Assembly (NCBI GenBank): GCA_002104905.1
Contig: MCFE01000668.1
Location: forward strand, 1-48,222
Source of the DNA: Basidiobolus meristosporus CBS 931.73
Lineage: Eukaryota; Fungi; Basidiobolomycota
Length of the DNA stretch: 48,222 bases
Direction: 5' to 3'
The notes beneath the pieces were generated by a model, which worked only from the letters and a program-made list of their open reading frames with translations, was not told where the DNA came from and ran no database searches. Both the position numbers and the translations under genes were made by a program. The first letter of the stretch is position 1. Every line of letters begins with the position of its first letter. Of this stretch, positions 23,812-34,199 are shown piece by piece.

Positions 23812-24366
23812 ATGCAAAGAAACCCTATGGATTTGCATTTCATACTTGGCTACATGCCCACACCACCCCCCTCACTACTTGCTATCGAGATAATCGTATC
23901 TCCGCTCCATACACAATCAACCGATGATCAAAACCCTACGCCCGATCCTGGCCAACTCAGCCCCTCCAGTGATCATGCGCCTTTTGTCTGTGAGTGGAAG
24001 ATGTGCATGCGACAGTTCAAACGAAAGTCCGAGCTGATTCGCCACAGGAGAATACACACTGGTGAGCGGCCATATGTGTGTTCCAGTTGCGGGAAAGGGT
24101 TCATTCAACGCTCAGCCTTGACTGTTCATCTGCGCACCCATACAGGCGAGAAGCCACACCACTGTGAACACCCAGGATGTGGGCAATCCTTCAGTGACTC
24201 ATCCTCTCTCACTCGTCACCGGAAAAGCCATCTTGGTCTGAGGCCCTACACCTGCCTACACTTGGGGTGTCAAAGATCCTTTACAAGAAAGGGTGCATTG
24301 ACGAAACACGAGAAGAAGCAGCATAGTATGTGGCGTGTCCCACCCATGCTAGGAATGGCAAAGTGA
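23812..24366 (+). CDS. Four-finger C2H2 transcription factor (paralog B'), mirror copy of B
   Basis: Four amino-acid differences from B. The longer 295-aa ORF is broken by an indel in the left arm, so the extension is probably non-coding. Confidence 0.9.
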   Translation: MQRNPMDLHFILGYMPTPPPSLLAIEIIVSPLHTQSTDDQNPTPDPGQLSPSSDHAPFVCEWKMCMRQFKRKSELIRHRRIHTGERPYVCSSCGKGFIQRSALTVHLRTHTGEKPHHCEHPGCGQSFSDSSSLTRHRKSHLGLRPYTCLHLGCQRSFTRKGALTKHEKKQHSMWRVPPMLGMAK

Positions 24367-25647
24367 CTGGGGGTGATGCTCAATGGCTTGACTTCTTGGC
24401 CGACCCACGGATCTCGTCATCGGCTTTGGCGAGTTCGATAAAAGCAGCATCACTCGCACTCGGTGAGTTGTCTGTAGCATTATAGCACAGGGCGGTTTGG
24501 AGGAGAGGTGGTAGTAGCAGTAGCAGTAGTAGTAATGGTGGTGGTGGTGAACACTTGTATATTGTAAAAGGAAAGAGCCACATGTTGTGTAATAAAGTCA
24601 AGATCTTCATTGTCGAACTTTCGAGCACGCTTCCCTCCCGCCTCCCAACCAATAGAGCCACGATGAATGCCACACCGAGGAGGGTCACACGTACTCGAAC
24701 CCCAAGCCTTTGATGAATATAGATTTCAGTGTGTGAGCCGCGGTTCCCTAAAATCAATGAAATGTCTCATTTTCATGGTAAGATAAAGGATGGCACCTGA
24801 AATTCTTTCACTTGAATAGATATATGGAAGAGTGGGTTGGGGAGATAGCTGTGGCACATACAGTATGGAGGAAATACCTGATTCAAGTTTAATGACTGCA
24901 AAAAAGGAAATGCCGAATCGGTGCACCGACCATTAGCCAGATTGTTGCAACCAAATTATAATCCTGTTCCATCGTCATTTTAGCTTGCAAATCTCACTGA
25001 TGGACAGATGAATCGGAATTTGCACTTACGGTGAGAGCTTTCATACTCCTTCGGGGAGGTACGTCATGTAAGCGGTAGACTCTACAACAGCGGGCATGGT
25101 TTCATGTAGTCGAGCAAGATGGTATCATTTCCTTCAGGGTGAACATCGTGTATGCGTGTGAGTGGATGTCATTGGGGAAGTGCCGATTTCCACCCAGTTG
25201 AGGAAATCAGTATGGCACTTGTATTGGAGATGTCACAGAACCCATCACGATCGGCAACTCCCGATTCCGTTACATAATCAGGGAACGCCGATTTGGGGCA
25301 TCCCACTCTCTATTGGCTTATCGCTTTGCCCTATGGACAACTCAAATCGAACCCGCATACTCTGTGGCTCTGGATCGGCAATTGTATAGTGAATCGTTTG
25401 ATGCTCAATACCAACCCTATGTATTCAGCTCGATAGCTACGTCATTCTTTGCTTCATCTTCAGAGATTCCAGATCCACCGGCCTATGAGGAGCAAGTTTT
25501 CCATCGCTTTGGAAAGCTATAAATTGATCACTGACCACCGAGGTGGCCCTAAAGCCATTCATACATCACTCGAATTGCCAAACATCTGATCAGCCTGCAC
25601 ACGAGGACACCATCCAACCTTGCTTCCACACAAAGAATCCAACCACA

Positions 25648-26208
25648 ATGAATCTGGGCTTCATTCTCAATCCAACCAGCACGCTAGACAACACAGTCCA
25701 CCCATATCGCACATATTCCGACTCGAGCAAGAGTTGTAGCTCCGACAGTGATGACCACTCCGCCGGAGCCAAAGGGTATCACTGCTCATGGGATGGTTGC
25801 CACAAGCAATTCCGTCGCAACTCTGATCTTGTTCGTCACTGGAGGATCCACACGGGAGAGCGGCCATTCAGTTGCAAGGAATGCGGCAAGGGATTCATCC
25901 AGCGATCAGCACTGACTGTTCACTTCCGCACACACACCGGTGAGAGGCCACACCATTGTGACTATCCAGGATGTGTGCGTTCATTCGGAGATTCATCATC
26001 ACTTGCACGACACAAGAGAAGCCACTATGGGATTCGGCCATACGAATGCCACATCAATGGATGTGGAAAGTCATTCACACGCCGAACCACCTTGGTTAAA
26101 CATCAGCGTAAACACTTGGAAACACCGGACTCCCGAGGTAAAATGCAGAACCGATCCTCCATACTGCCCGAACTGTTTCAAAGCAGAATAGCTGTTGAAT
26201 CCGTGTGA
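25648..26208 (+). CDS. Four-finger C2H2 transcription factor (paralog A'), mirror copy of A with a different C-terminal tail
   Basis: Near-identical to A up to TTLVKHQ, followed by an unrelated tail of the same length. Confidence 0.9.
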   Translation: MNLGFILNPTSTLDNTVHPYRTYSDSSKSCSSDSDDHSAGAKGYHCSWDGCHKQFRRNSDLVRHWRIHTGERPFSCKECGKGFIQRSALTVHFRTHTGERPHHCDYPGCVRSFGDSSSLARHKRSHYGIRPYECHINGCGKSFTRRTTLVKHQRKHLETPDSRGKMQNRSSILPELFQSRIAVESV

Positions 26209-27114
26209 AACAGCCAATTCGCTTTAATGGCAATCATATTTTCCAATTTTTCTTGGCACCCGTAGTGTAGCTTCGAACCTGTTTGTGTTGCTTTCGAACC
26301 TATTATCGGGAGTGTGGATAATTGTATATAGACATCAGCTGTTAATAAAACTAATTTCATTACTATCACATTCAATTGACATATATTATAGGCAGACCTG
26401 TACACTGTATCACGTAACCGCGACATCAGGAAGGTGGTCAAAATGCTAGTGGTGTTTTGCCCATGCTGGAGTAAGATGCAATTTTTGTTAAAGGTGAAGA
26501 TTCCATGAAAAGTACCCTACTTTATTAATTGGTTGTAGGCCTTCGTATTCACTTTTCGTCTCAATTTAAATTCGTTCCTCCGCAACTTCGGGTATTTGTT
26601 TGATATGTATTACTAAGCACACTACACCCATGAATACTTTAAGTCATAAACATGGAGACGGCATGGGACTTCGGGTTAGGGTTTGATTAATGCTTCATGT
26701 CAATTATTGAATCAGGCGAGCTGTGTTGGCTATTCCAGAGGTAGTATAATTTATGCTTAATAACGATAAGTTTCAATCGATTTGGCCATGATACAGATTG
26801 GCCAAAATCTAGGCCAACTGAGAATGGCAAACGTCCAAATAGTTCAAATTGCAGTAGCCAGTTTTCCACCCCCCCCATTATAATTAAATTCAGATCAAGA
26901 ATGGATTTGTACATATTTCCCATTCCCTACGTGGCTTCAATTTTTGATGGTTAAACAGACGAGTCCTCTTGATGTGGCCACTTTCATGAATACCCACCTT
27001 TCCGAAAACTCATACAACCGCCTATCTTCCTTTGGCTGTTCATCTTGTTAACTTGGTGCCACAAAGAATCCACCTGTCAAGCGAGGATATCACTTGTGGT
27101 TTTTTGACACAATA

Positions 27115-28770
27115 ATGGAAACAACTGTCGACACCGTATCTTCAAGCCATAGAGTGTTTGGCATTCCAAGTATATTAGAGACCATATTACACATGGCGGC
27201 ATACAATCGACCTCGAGCTAACCAAATCACTTTCGATGCTTCTCAGTGGCAGAAATTTCGAAGGGCTCATCTGGCAAACTATGCATTGGTCTGTAAAGAT
27301 TGGTGTGAGGCAGCCAAACATATACTATACTCCCGCTTGGATCTGGCTTATGAATTGCGCTTTTTGATTGACAAGGAGAATATATTCTTTCGCTGCAACC
27401 CGGGTGTCAATGCCAAATATGTAAAGGAGGTGGAGATAACCGCATTACAGCTGGACCTCCTGTTCTACGATGAAAAGATCGCGAACGAGGAGTGGTTCGA
27501 ATACGTACACTACCAGCATAATCTGTCTGTCTGCTATTTCCTGCTGCGCTGCGAGACCTTGCAATGCGTCACTGTCCATTGCACTCAAGAACTGTTCGAG
27601 AAAGTCATCCGATATCCATTGGGCGAGCTGTTCCCCAACCTTAGAACCATGCGAGTGATCGTGGATGAATTGCAATATTTCGAGCCTCCTTATGTCAACT
27701 ATTTCCCGCGAAACCAAAGGCCACAAACACAAGTTCACGTGCGCGACCTGTCAATATTCAGTAACCTCAGCAAATCCGAGCCGAGTGCAGAGAGGATGTT
27801 TGAAATTTTGAGGTGCGAGGATTTGATGTCGCTGCGAACCCTCCTTCTCAAGCCAATACATCACCACTCGATGAATCTTCTGTTGCAAAGCGACTTGACA
27901 CTCCCGAAGCTGGAGGTCCTTACCATCGAGGTTTCGAACAATTTTGCTGATGAAGAAGAGTATCTACGATATTACCAACCACAAGTACTGATGCCCATCA
28001 CGCTGAACGCGTTTGATTCCCTGCTGGACTTTAGCTTTGGTTTGGACCCTTTTTCAAGCCTCCCGATACCACGGATCCACCTGCGGCACATACTATCCAT
28101 GCTATCACCTGACTTGCGGATTCTAAGCATCAGCCAGCCAGGATTACGGCAAGACGTCAAGACGTTGGGTTTGATTGCCGAGCGGTTTTCGCGGTTGGTT
28201 GAGTTGAAACTCCATGATGGTAGCATCAGCATTGGTGAAGGGTGGCAAGCTGGGATAATGTCCGAAGAGCCTGTGGAAGACCAAGCGGTCTCTCTTCAGC
28301 CTTTCTTCCGGCAGCTGCTTGGTCGACCAAACCGGATCGAAGTGCTCAAACTGTACAACATCATCCCAGACGCTAGCAATTTCCGTATCCATGGAGATGC
28401 CAGTTCATCGACCGAGCCATCAGACGGGCCACGGAAGTACTGCCCAAGGTTACGACACTTGGTAGTCACTCATATCGAAACCAATCTGATCCCCTTCATC
28501 CTTGAAATCTCCCAGCTCCCGAATCTCAAGCATTTGGTATTGGACGGGATCTGGCCAGCGGTGATGGATTGGAATAACCTGTTCGTGGAGATGAGTTACG
28601 AGACGTTCCCCTCATTGCGGGTCATCCTACTGTTCAACAATGGATTGCCATTTGGAATGACCGCGTTCTGGAGAAGAGTCGCCCCCAAACTTACCGAATT
28701 CTATGTGGACAAAAAGATGGTGACCGTCCACCGGCCCGTATGCGACCACTTGACCAGATATCATTTTTAG
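27115..28770 (+). CDS. F-box-like / leucine-rich-repeat (RNI-like) protein, intronless
   Basis: N-terminal RVFGIPSILETIL...YALVCKDWCEAAKHILY resembles an F-box-like motif. LxxLxL repeats follow (LRTLLL, LEVLTI, LRILSI, LVELKL, LRHLVV, LKHLVL, LRVILL). First ATG at 27115. Confidence 0.75.
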   Translation: METTVDTVSSSHRVFGIPSILETILHMAAYNRPRANQITFDASQWQKFRRAHLANYALVCKDWCEAAKHILYSRLDLAYELRFLIDKENIFFRCNPGVNAKYVKEVEITALQLDLLFYDEKIANEEWFEYVHYQHNLSVCYFLLRCETLQCVTVHCTQELFEKVIRYPLGELFPNLRTMRVIVDELQYFEPPYVNYFPRNQRPQTQVHVRDLSIFSNLSKSEPSAERMFEILRCEDLMSLRTLLLKPIHHHSMNLLLQSDLTLPKLEVLTIEVSNNFADEEEYLRYYQPQVLMPITLNAFDSLLDFSFGLDPFSSLPIPRIHLRHILSMLSPDLRILSISQPGLRQDVKTLGLIAERFSRLVELKLHDGSISIGEGWQAGIMSEEPVEDQAVSLQPFFRQLLGRPNRIEVLKLYNIIPDASNFRIHGDASSSTEPSDGPRKYCPRLRHLVVTHIETNLIPFILEISQLPNLKHLVLDGIWPAVMDWNNLFVEMSYETFPSLRVILLFNNGLPFGMTAFWRRVAPKLTEFYVDKKMVTVHRPVCDHLTRYHF

Positions 28771-28924
28771 TTGGGGAACATGCTCTCATTATGCTATGAC
28801 CCCTAGTCTCAGCCACTCCGTAACAAAATGCTACGTATGAATACACCAATTATTTGATATTTCCGAGAGTCGCGTTCTTCTCGAGGTGAAGCCCTAAGAA
28901 AGCCCGGTAGCAGAGCTTCTGGGG

Positions 28925-28945
28925 GGAGGAGGAGGAGGAGGAGGA
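28925..28945 (+). repeat. (GGA)n microsatellite
   Basis: About seven GGA units. Confidence 0.9.
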
Positions 28946-29734
28946 TGTGATGACCCTCTTTGTTCTACTCAACATAGTCATGGATCGCATTGTGAGGGGT
29001 TTATTTTCGGATTGTTGAAAGGGATCTAATCCCCATAGATCTCGACTGGCGTGCCCCGGTCAAATGGATTCCTTAGTGTGGATGCCAAAATTCATGCAGT
29101 GCATATTAGGTAACATTCGTGCACACCCACGAAAATTGCCGATAGTGTTGATTTGCCGACAGCCTAGAGTCCTCCAAGTGATGTAAATATCCAATATAGC
29201 GTAACTGGATACAACAAGGTCTATTTCATGAACCTGGATCCGCTGCCACACCATGCGCCCATTCACTGGGGAGACTAGTCTAGTCCCAAGGCCAGAGCCA
29301 GCTGGAGTGATTCAACAACAACGGTGGAGGGTAGACTGATGGGATTCAGCTGCTTTTCAATTAGGATGCGACATTGAATTAACCGGTATGCTTAAATTGG
29401 ATCGCGTATTGATTAGATAATAACTGGATGTATTTCGGCATTAATTACATTCAGACATTCGTACAGCATGGTGAGAATACTGGTTTTCCATTGATGCCGG
29501 CATCCACAAGGACCAACCTTACAAGGAATAGAGGTTTGAGTGTGCTGAGACGAAGGGCATCCAATTCCAAACAAACCCTTGCCATACTAAGGGATGGATT
29601 AATGAATTTGAGACCGACCTGACCAGTTCCTTCGCCGGAAGAGGAACCGGAAAATCCAGGAGTGACTGGACTGGAATCCCATGGGAGGTGTTCTTCACCT
29701 GGGCGAGAACGTCCCCTCCGACCACGGGGAATTT

Positions 29735-29740
29735 TATAAA
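29735..29740 (+). promoter_or_regulatory. TATA box of the secreted peptide gene
   Basis: TATAAA ending ~54 nt upstream of ATG 29794; AATAAA at 30194-30199 downstream of the stop. Confidence 0.55.
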
Positions 29741-29793
29741 AACCCACCCATCCATCCCCTCTCGTTTCCCACATACATTCCTGCCATTCGAAG

Positions 29794-30027
29794 ATGACCT
29801 GGTTCAGTCAATTCTCCATCCGCTTCTTCCTCTTCCAACTGCTCCTCCTCCTGCCCATGGTCCTCCAGACCGAGTCCCTTCCCGCCGAGGTCCAGTTGTC
29901 GAAACGTGACTCGTATCAGGACTGTGTCGACAAGTACGGTGGTCCCAGTTTCCGTTACGGATGCAACGTGTGCACCTGCTTGAGAGGTGGTGGATATAAG
30001 TGTACCCGCGCCGGGTGCGGTTATTAA
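29794..30027 (+). CDS. Secreted pre-pro-peptide with one pacifastin-like (6-Cys) serine-protease inhibitor domain
   Basis: Hydrophobic signal peptide, pro-region ending in KR, mature DSYQDCVDKYGGPSFRYGCNVCTCLRGGGYKCTRAGCGY = C-x12-C-N-x-C-x-C-x2-G-x4-C-T-x3-C. Codons are C/G-ending-rich; TATA and AATAAA flank the gene. Confidence 0.85.
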   Translation: MTWFSQFSIRFFLFQLLLLLPMVLQTESLPAEVQLSKRDSYQDCVDKYGGPSFRYGCNVCTCLRGGGYKCTRAGCGY

Positions 30028-30357
30028 CTCTGGAATCCCGACCCTTTGGTTCCCGCGATACCAAGTTCAAGTTCCACCCATCCCCTCCCCTCCCCCCCAC
30101 CCGTCGATTTTGGAAACGTCCTCCCAGCTAACCCCCTGGCCTTGGTTTTTGAAGTGATGCACATTCGTAATTGCTAATGAGATACCCAATATGAATAAAC
30201 ATCTTCATTATTGATCCCCCAATTGATTACATACCAATCGGTGTCAGGAGCGATATGGTTTGTTTAAAGAACATATGACGGGTCAAGAACATAACACTTC
30301 CATTTTAATTAATCAATTTACTGATATATAGCTACAAAAATATTAGTTTCCATCTAA

Positions 30358-30430
30358 AAGTGATTACTCCTTAGGTTAAGGCGTAGGTCACCCACCTCAA
30401 GGGTGCGAGGTTCGAATCCTCGGTCGCTTG
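30358..30430 (+). pseudogene. tRNA-like element (tRNA pseudogene or SINE head) with an abnormal anticodon arm
   Basis: 7-bp acceptor stem AAGTGAT/GTCGCTT (two G-U pairs), T-arm CGAGG-TTCGAAT-CCTCG (B box), D-loop GGTTAAGGCG. No canonical anticodon arm and no adjacent oligo-T terminator. Confidence 0.55.
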
Positions 30431-32264
30431 AAATTGAACACCTATGATTAGAACATACAAAGTCCCTAAATACCCAGTGGGGTAGATGATGGTGACAATT
30501 GACTACAACGGTATATGACGGTGTTCCTTTTTGGTCCTTATCCGCCAGGAATGGGTAATCATTCCCATACGGATCTGGGTGGATCCCTGATTTTGGAGAT
30601 CCCTGGAACGCGTGTTCAATAGGACCATGATCAGGCAGAGTGATTGGTGGAATCCAACCACAGGGCGGATGTTGTGTATCATGCTACTGAGCGATGTTAC
30701 TGGGCACTTATATTGAAGGTGGCCGCAGGCTTCCGGTCCACTTGTCTAGCCGTCTATGGGGGTCTGGGGGGGGGAGATACCTGGAACCACTGGCTGGTAA
30801 AACCCGACCTTTCCATTTGGGGCTGGTCGAACGGTTAGTGGGTACACTTGAGTTGACCGGTCACGAAGTCTTATTTTCCCCAGTTACCCTGGCGATGCCG
30901 CCTCGAAGGGGAATCTACATGTCGATTGTGTACCTGACGATGAACCACCAATCATGTCTGATAGGATGCCGCGGAATCTAGGGTCCTACAGAGTGAATGC
31001 TAATAGACGGATTGCCAACCATGATTCAGTCTTCCGGTTATGATCGAGATGGGGGGGATTGTGTGGTGCGTCTAGTTCCATCGTCCATCAAATTTCCTAA
31101 TTGCAGCAAGTGTACCGTCATCGAGTCAGGTCAGAAGTCGCTTTCCGGAATGATCGTCCAGTCTCACGATAGGTGGCACGGTGGAAGGACTTGGATGGTG
31201 TTGTGTCCACTTGGCGATCCGGATTCTTCTCATGCCGCAGCGCCGGGGGCAAGGACCTGGTGGTTGTGGTAGATGGACTCCACTGTCCAGAGTAACCCTA
31301 CTGAATCGGTACTACCCGGCTGTGAATCGGATGGCTATGATGGCCGGAATCAAGTGCGACATCGATGGACCACTGGTTCAATGAGGTTGGCGATTTGAAC
31401 CGAAGTGATTTGACTTTTACCCAAGATTTCTGGACCCTTCCACCTGGCTGTATGATGGACGGTTCCAGGTGATTTTTGAGAGCCCTCAGGGAGATGGAAA
31501 ATGTCTCTTTGGCTACTTGATGGCTGACCTGATCTACTGGAGGGTAACTGAAGCATTAGGAAGGTAAGCATCCTAGGCCACCGGTATTCATATTCCGCGC
31601 CAGGAGTCTGTTGAACAAGGGACGTAGTCTATAAGTAAAGTGCAGATATTGGTAATGGGAAGGCGGAAATTAGGCCTAGAGGATAAGGTGAAGGTATTTG
31701 TTGGTGATGGTTAGTGCCAGGGCCTAATAATATGTGTGGTGCAATTGGGTGTACATGTGCAGTCAGAGGCTTAATAACCCAGGTTGAATAGGCATAGAAT
31801 GGTTTGTATGTTTATTAGTCCAATAACTCTGGATATTTCTAATCCAACAGATTTTTTGCTATGTTACACAAGAGAGATCCCTTCCATAGTGAACTCTTGG
31901 GCAACAATATCTGACTTTTTAGCAGCTCTCTGACAATGGAGTTGTGGCTAAACTTCCTGATGTGGTCTGCTTCTCCTTACTCTATTTGTCATACCTCAAG
32001 TCAAGTAGATTCACAAAGTACTCTACCCATACCTTACATTTTGAGCTTGTGGCTGCAGCAGTGGGTTCTGCCAAGTATAAAAAAATGTATCTAGATATAT
32101 AAGTTGCAACTTGTAAGGCTTTGGCTGTAGTCTCTTACTTTTCATTTCCCATCTATACTATGGAAACAATGCTTTGATGACCATATAGATTCTTGCGGAT
32201 CCCAATGATACCTGCATTCATAAGGTGTAGAACTAGGCTCTACATGGCTGCTAGAGCTAGAAAT

Positions 32265-32578
32265 TGTTGCAAAAGTTGAGAAGCTATTGGAAGTGGTTGG
32301 GAGAACAAGTAGGTTACATGGCTTTCACTGAATGATTTAATTAATGTACAAGTGGTATAAATACTTTTACATGGTCTTGGCCCAAAAGCACATGCACAAA
32401 GTGTGGTGCTGTTTGGACAACTTTGAGAAATTTTTGTTCCAGGTACCTGCTATTGTGATCAGGATTTTCCAAGTAAGTCCCAATATGGAATTTGACCAGA
32501 ATTCTCTAAGATTTGAAGGCAATGACGTAAGTTACTAAGTTGAGTGAGTGCTTATTGATAATGATCATATCTACAACA
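32265..32578 (-). mobile_element. 3' LTR of an older copia relic
   Basis: TGTTG...ACAACA, homologous to the 349-bp LTR. Immediately followed by CTCCCA (PPT on the minus strand) and by sequence matching the pol 3' end. Confidence 0.85.
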
Positions 32579-33930
32579 CTCCCATGCAACTAAATATCCT
32601 TAACAATTAGCACTAATTATAATTGAAGATTTTCAAGTTTGTCTCTAGCCAATGCTTTGGTAAGTATATCTGCATTCATCTCATATATAAGACAGTAGTC
32701 TTAGCTAGCCAAGTGACTCACTATTGCTTTGCAAATAAAGCCATATATGTCATGTAAGTGCCTAGTTCCTGCTGTAAAAGATTTGCCATTCCACCTAAAT
32801 ACTCACCTAACTTGGTCACTAAGATCATTACCTTTGAATCCTAGAGAATACTCATCAAATTACTTGTTGGGATTTACTTAGAATATTTTCACCTAATTAT
32901 CAGGTACTCAGAACATGAAAATTCTCAAAGTTGTCCAAACAGCCCCAAACTTTGCACACATGCTCTTGGGACCCTCCTAAATCTATTCTACATGATTGTT
33001 ATGCCAAGATCATGTAAAAGTATAAACTCTACTTTTACATTCAGTAAATCATTAAGTGAGAACCACATAGTCCACTGGTCCTCTCAATCACTTACAATAT
33101 CTCCAAGACTCTTACAACAGCTCCAGATTGACAAGTTTGATTTCTACTTGATTGCATATATTCTTCATTATCCTGAAATAATGTGTTAATGGCTTCTTAA
33201 CATAATTTATGTCTCTAAAAGGCTTTCTTAGCCATATTGCTTCTTTTGCAGCCTTACAGACCGCCATATACTCTTCCTGTGTGATACAAAGTGCTACAGC
33301 TGGTTGCTATCCCAAATTCCATGAAATTGCTTCTTTACAATGAAGAAAGGGAGTAACCTATATGGATCATCTGTCTTTGAAATTTTTCACAAATCAGCAT
33401 CTGAGTATCCAAAAAGATTCTGTTCTAGTCTCTAATAGGTGTACCTTAAGTAGTATTGGCAGCTCTCTCTATGGATTCAAAAACTCATTCAACTGCCACA
33501 ATACATTCAGGTTTATAGCAATGATTACCTTAGTGGACAACTTCCATTGAATATGAGATATCTGGATGTGCACCTAGCATACTACATATCAAGCTGCCAG
33601 CTATAGATTAATATAGGAAATCCAGACTCTCTGATGGTGCCAAGCTCACTTGATTTGGTCAGGCTTTGACCAAGCTAACATTTATCTCTATTGGCATAGC
33701 TGCATGTTTATAGCCTTACATCTGGTACTTTGTGAGTATATATTGAGTATATTCCAACTGGCTTAAGGTGATGATCTGGGTACCTCTATCTATGGAGAAC
33801 TGTATGCCAGGTAGTACCTCAACTCTCTTTTAGAGATTTTGACATATTAGAAAGGCTGGATCTGGTATCTTACATTGCTTTTAGCAAGCTCAAAACTGAC
33901 AGTTCTTAATATCTCAGGTACTAGCTATTG
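32579..33930 (-). mobile_element. Degenerate copia RT/RNase H relic, interrupted by a solo LTR
   Basis: Colinear nucleotide similarity to ~43760-44750 of the young copia (e.g. CATTGCTTCTTTTG..GCCATATACTCT, TTCCATGAAATTGC, TGAGATATCTGGATGTG). No long ORF. The end coordinate is approximate. Confidence 0.8.
32770..33119 (+). mobile_element. Solo LTR of the young copia family, inserted in the opposite orientation inside the older copia
   Basis: 350-bp reverse complement of the 43404-43752 LTR with scattered substitutions. Flanks GTTCC / GCTCC (5-bp TSD with one transition). Confidence 0.88.
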
Positions 33931-34199
33931 AGCCAACAAGCAGACTGCTATTGCAGAAGGAGACTAGGACAACTAGTATCATATCAAACTTGGTAATTAG
34001 CTAACCACTAATTCCGTCAAAAACTGCAATGAAAATTTGAACACAAAACACCATCTGCATACCAGCAAAATACAATTAAAATACCAGCACAATACAAGAT
34101 GAGAATCAGATGAGTTCTAAGTTTGAGATTTTTCACCAGCAATATGACCACAATACTACTGGATCCTGGCTCAATATTATTCAATGGTGTGCATGCACC

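Larger units (their letters stand above)
20010..26105. repeat. Large inverted duplication (palindrome): 20010-~20900 pairs with ~25220-26105; 21314-22932 pairs with 23154-24775; central spacer 22933-23153
   Basis: Reverse-complement match checked by eye at the inner junction (GAATCAC.CAAT) and the outer junction (TGATGTTTAACC/GGTTAAACATCA). The genes are mirrored A-B | B'-A'. Confidence 0.95.

Noticed and set aside
30600-31571. Several overlapping 60-95 aa ORFs before the transposon block
   Set aside because: No motifs, no consistent frame, no signal peptide or splice support.
31700-32260. Possible minus-strand Gypsy integrase zinc-binding remnant (..NK..PGLL..)
   Set aside because: Too degenerate to call; noted only as CpG-poor, transposon-like DNA.
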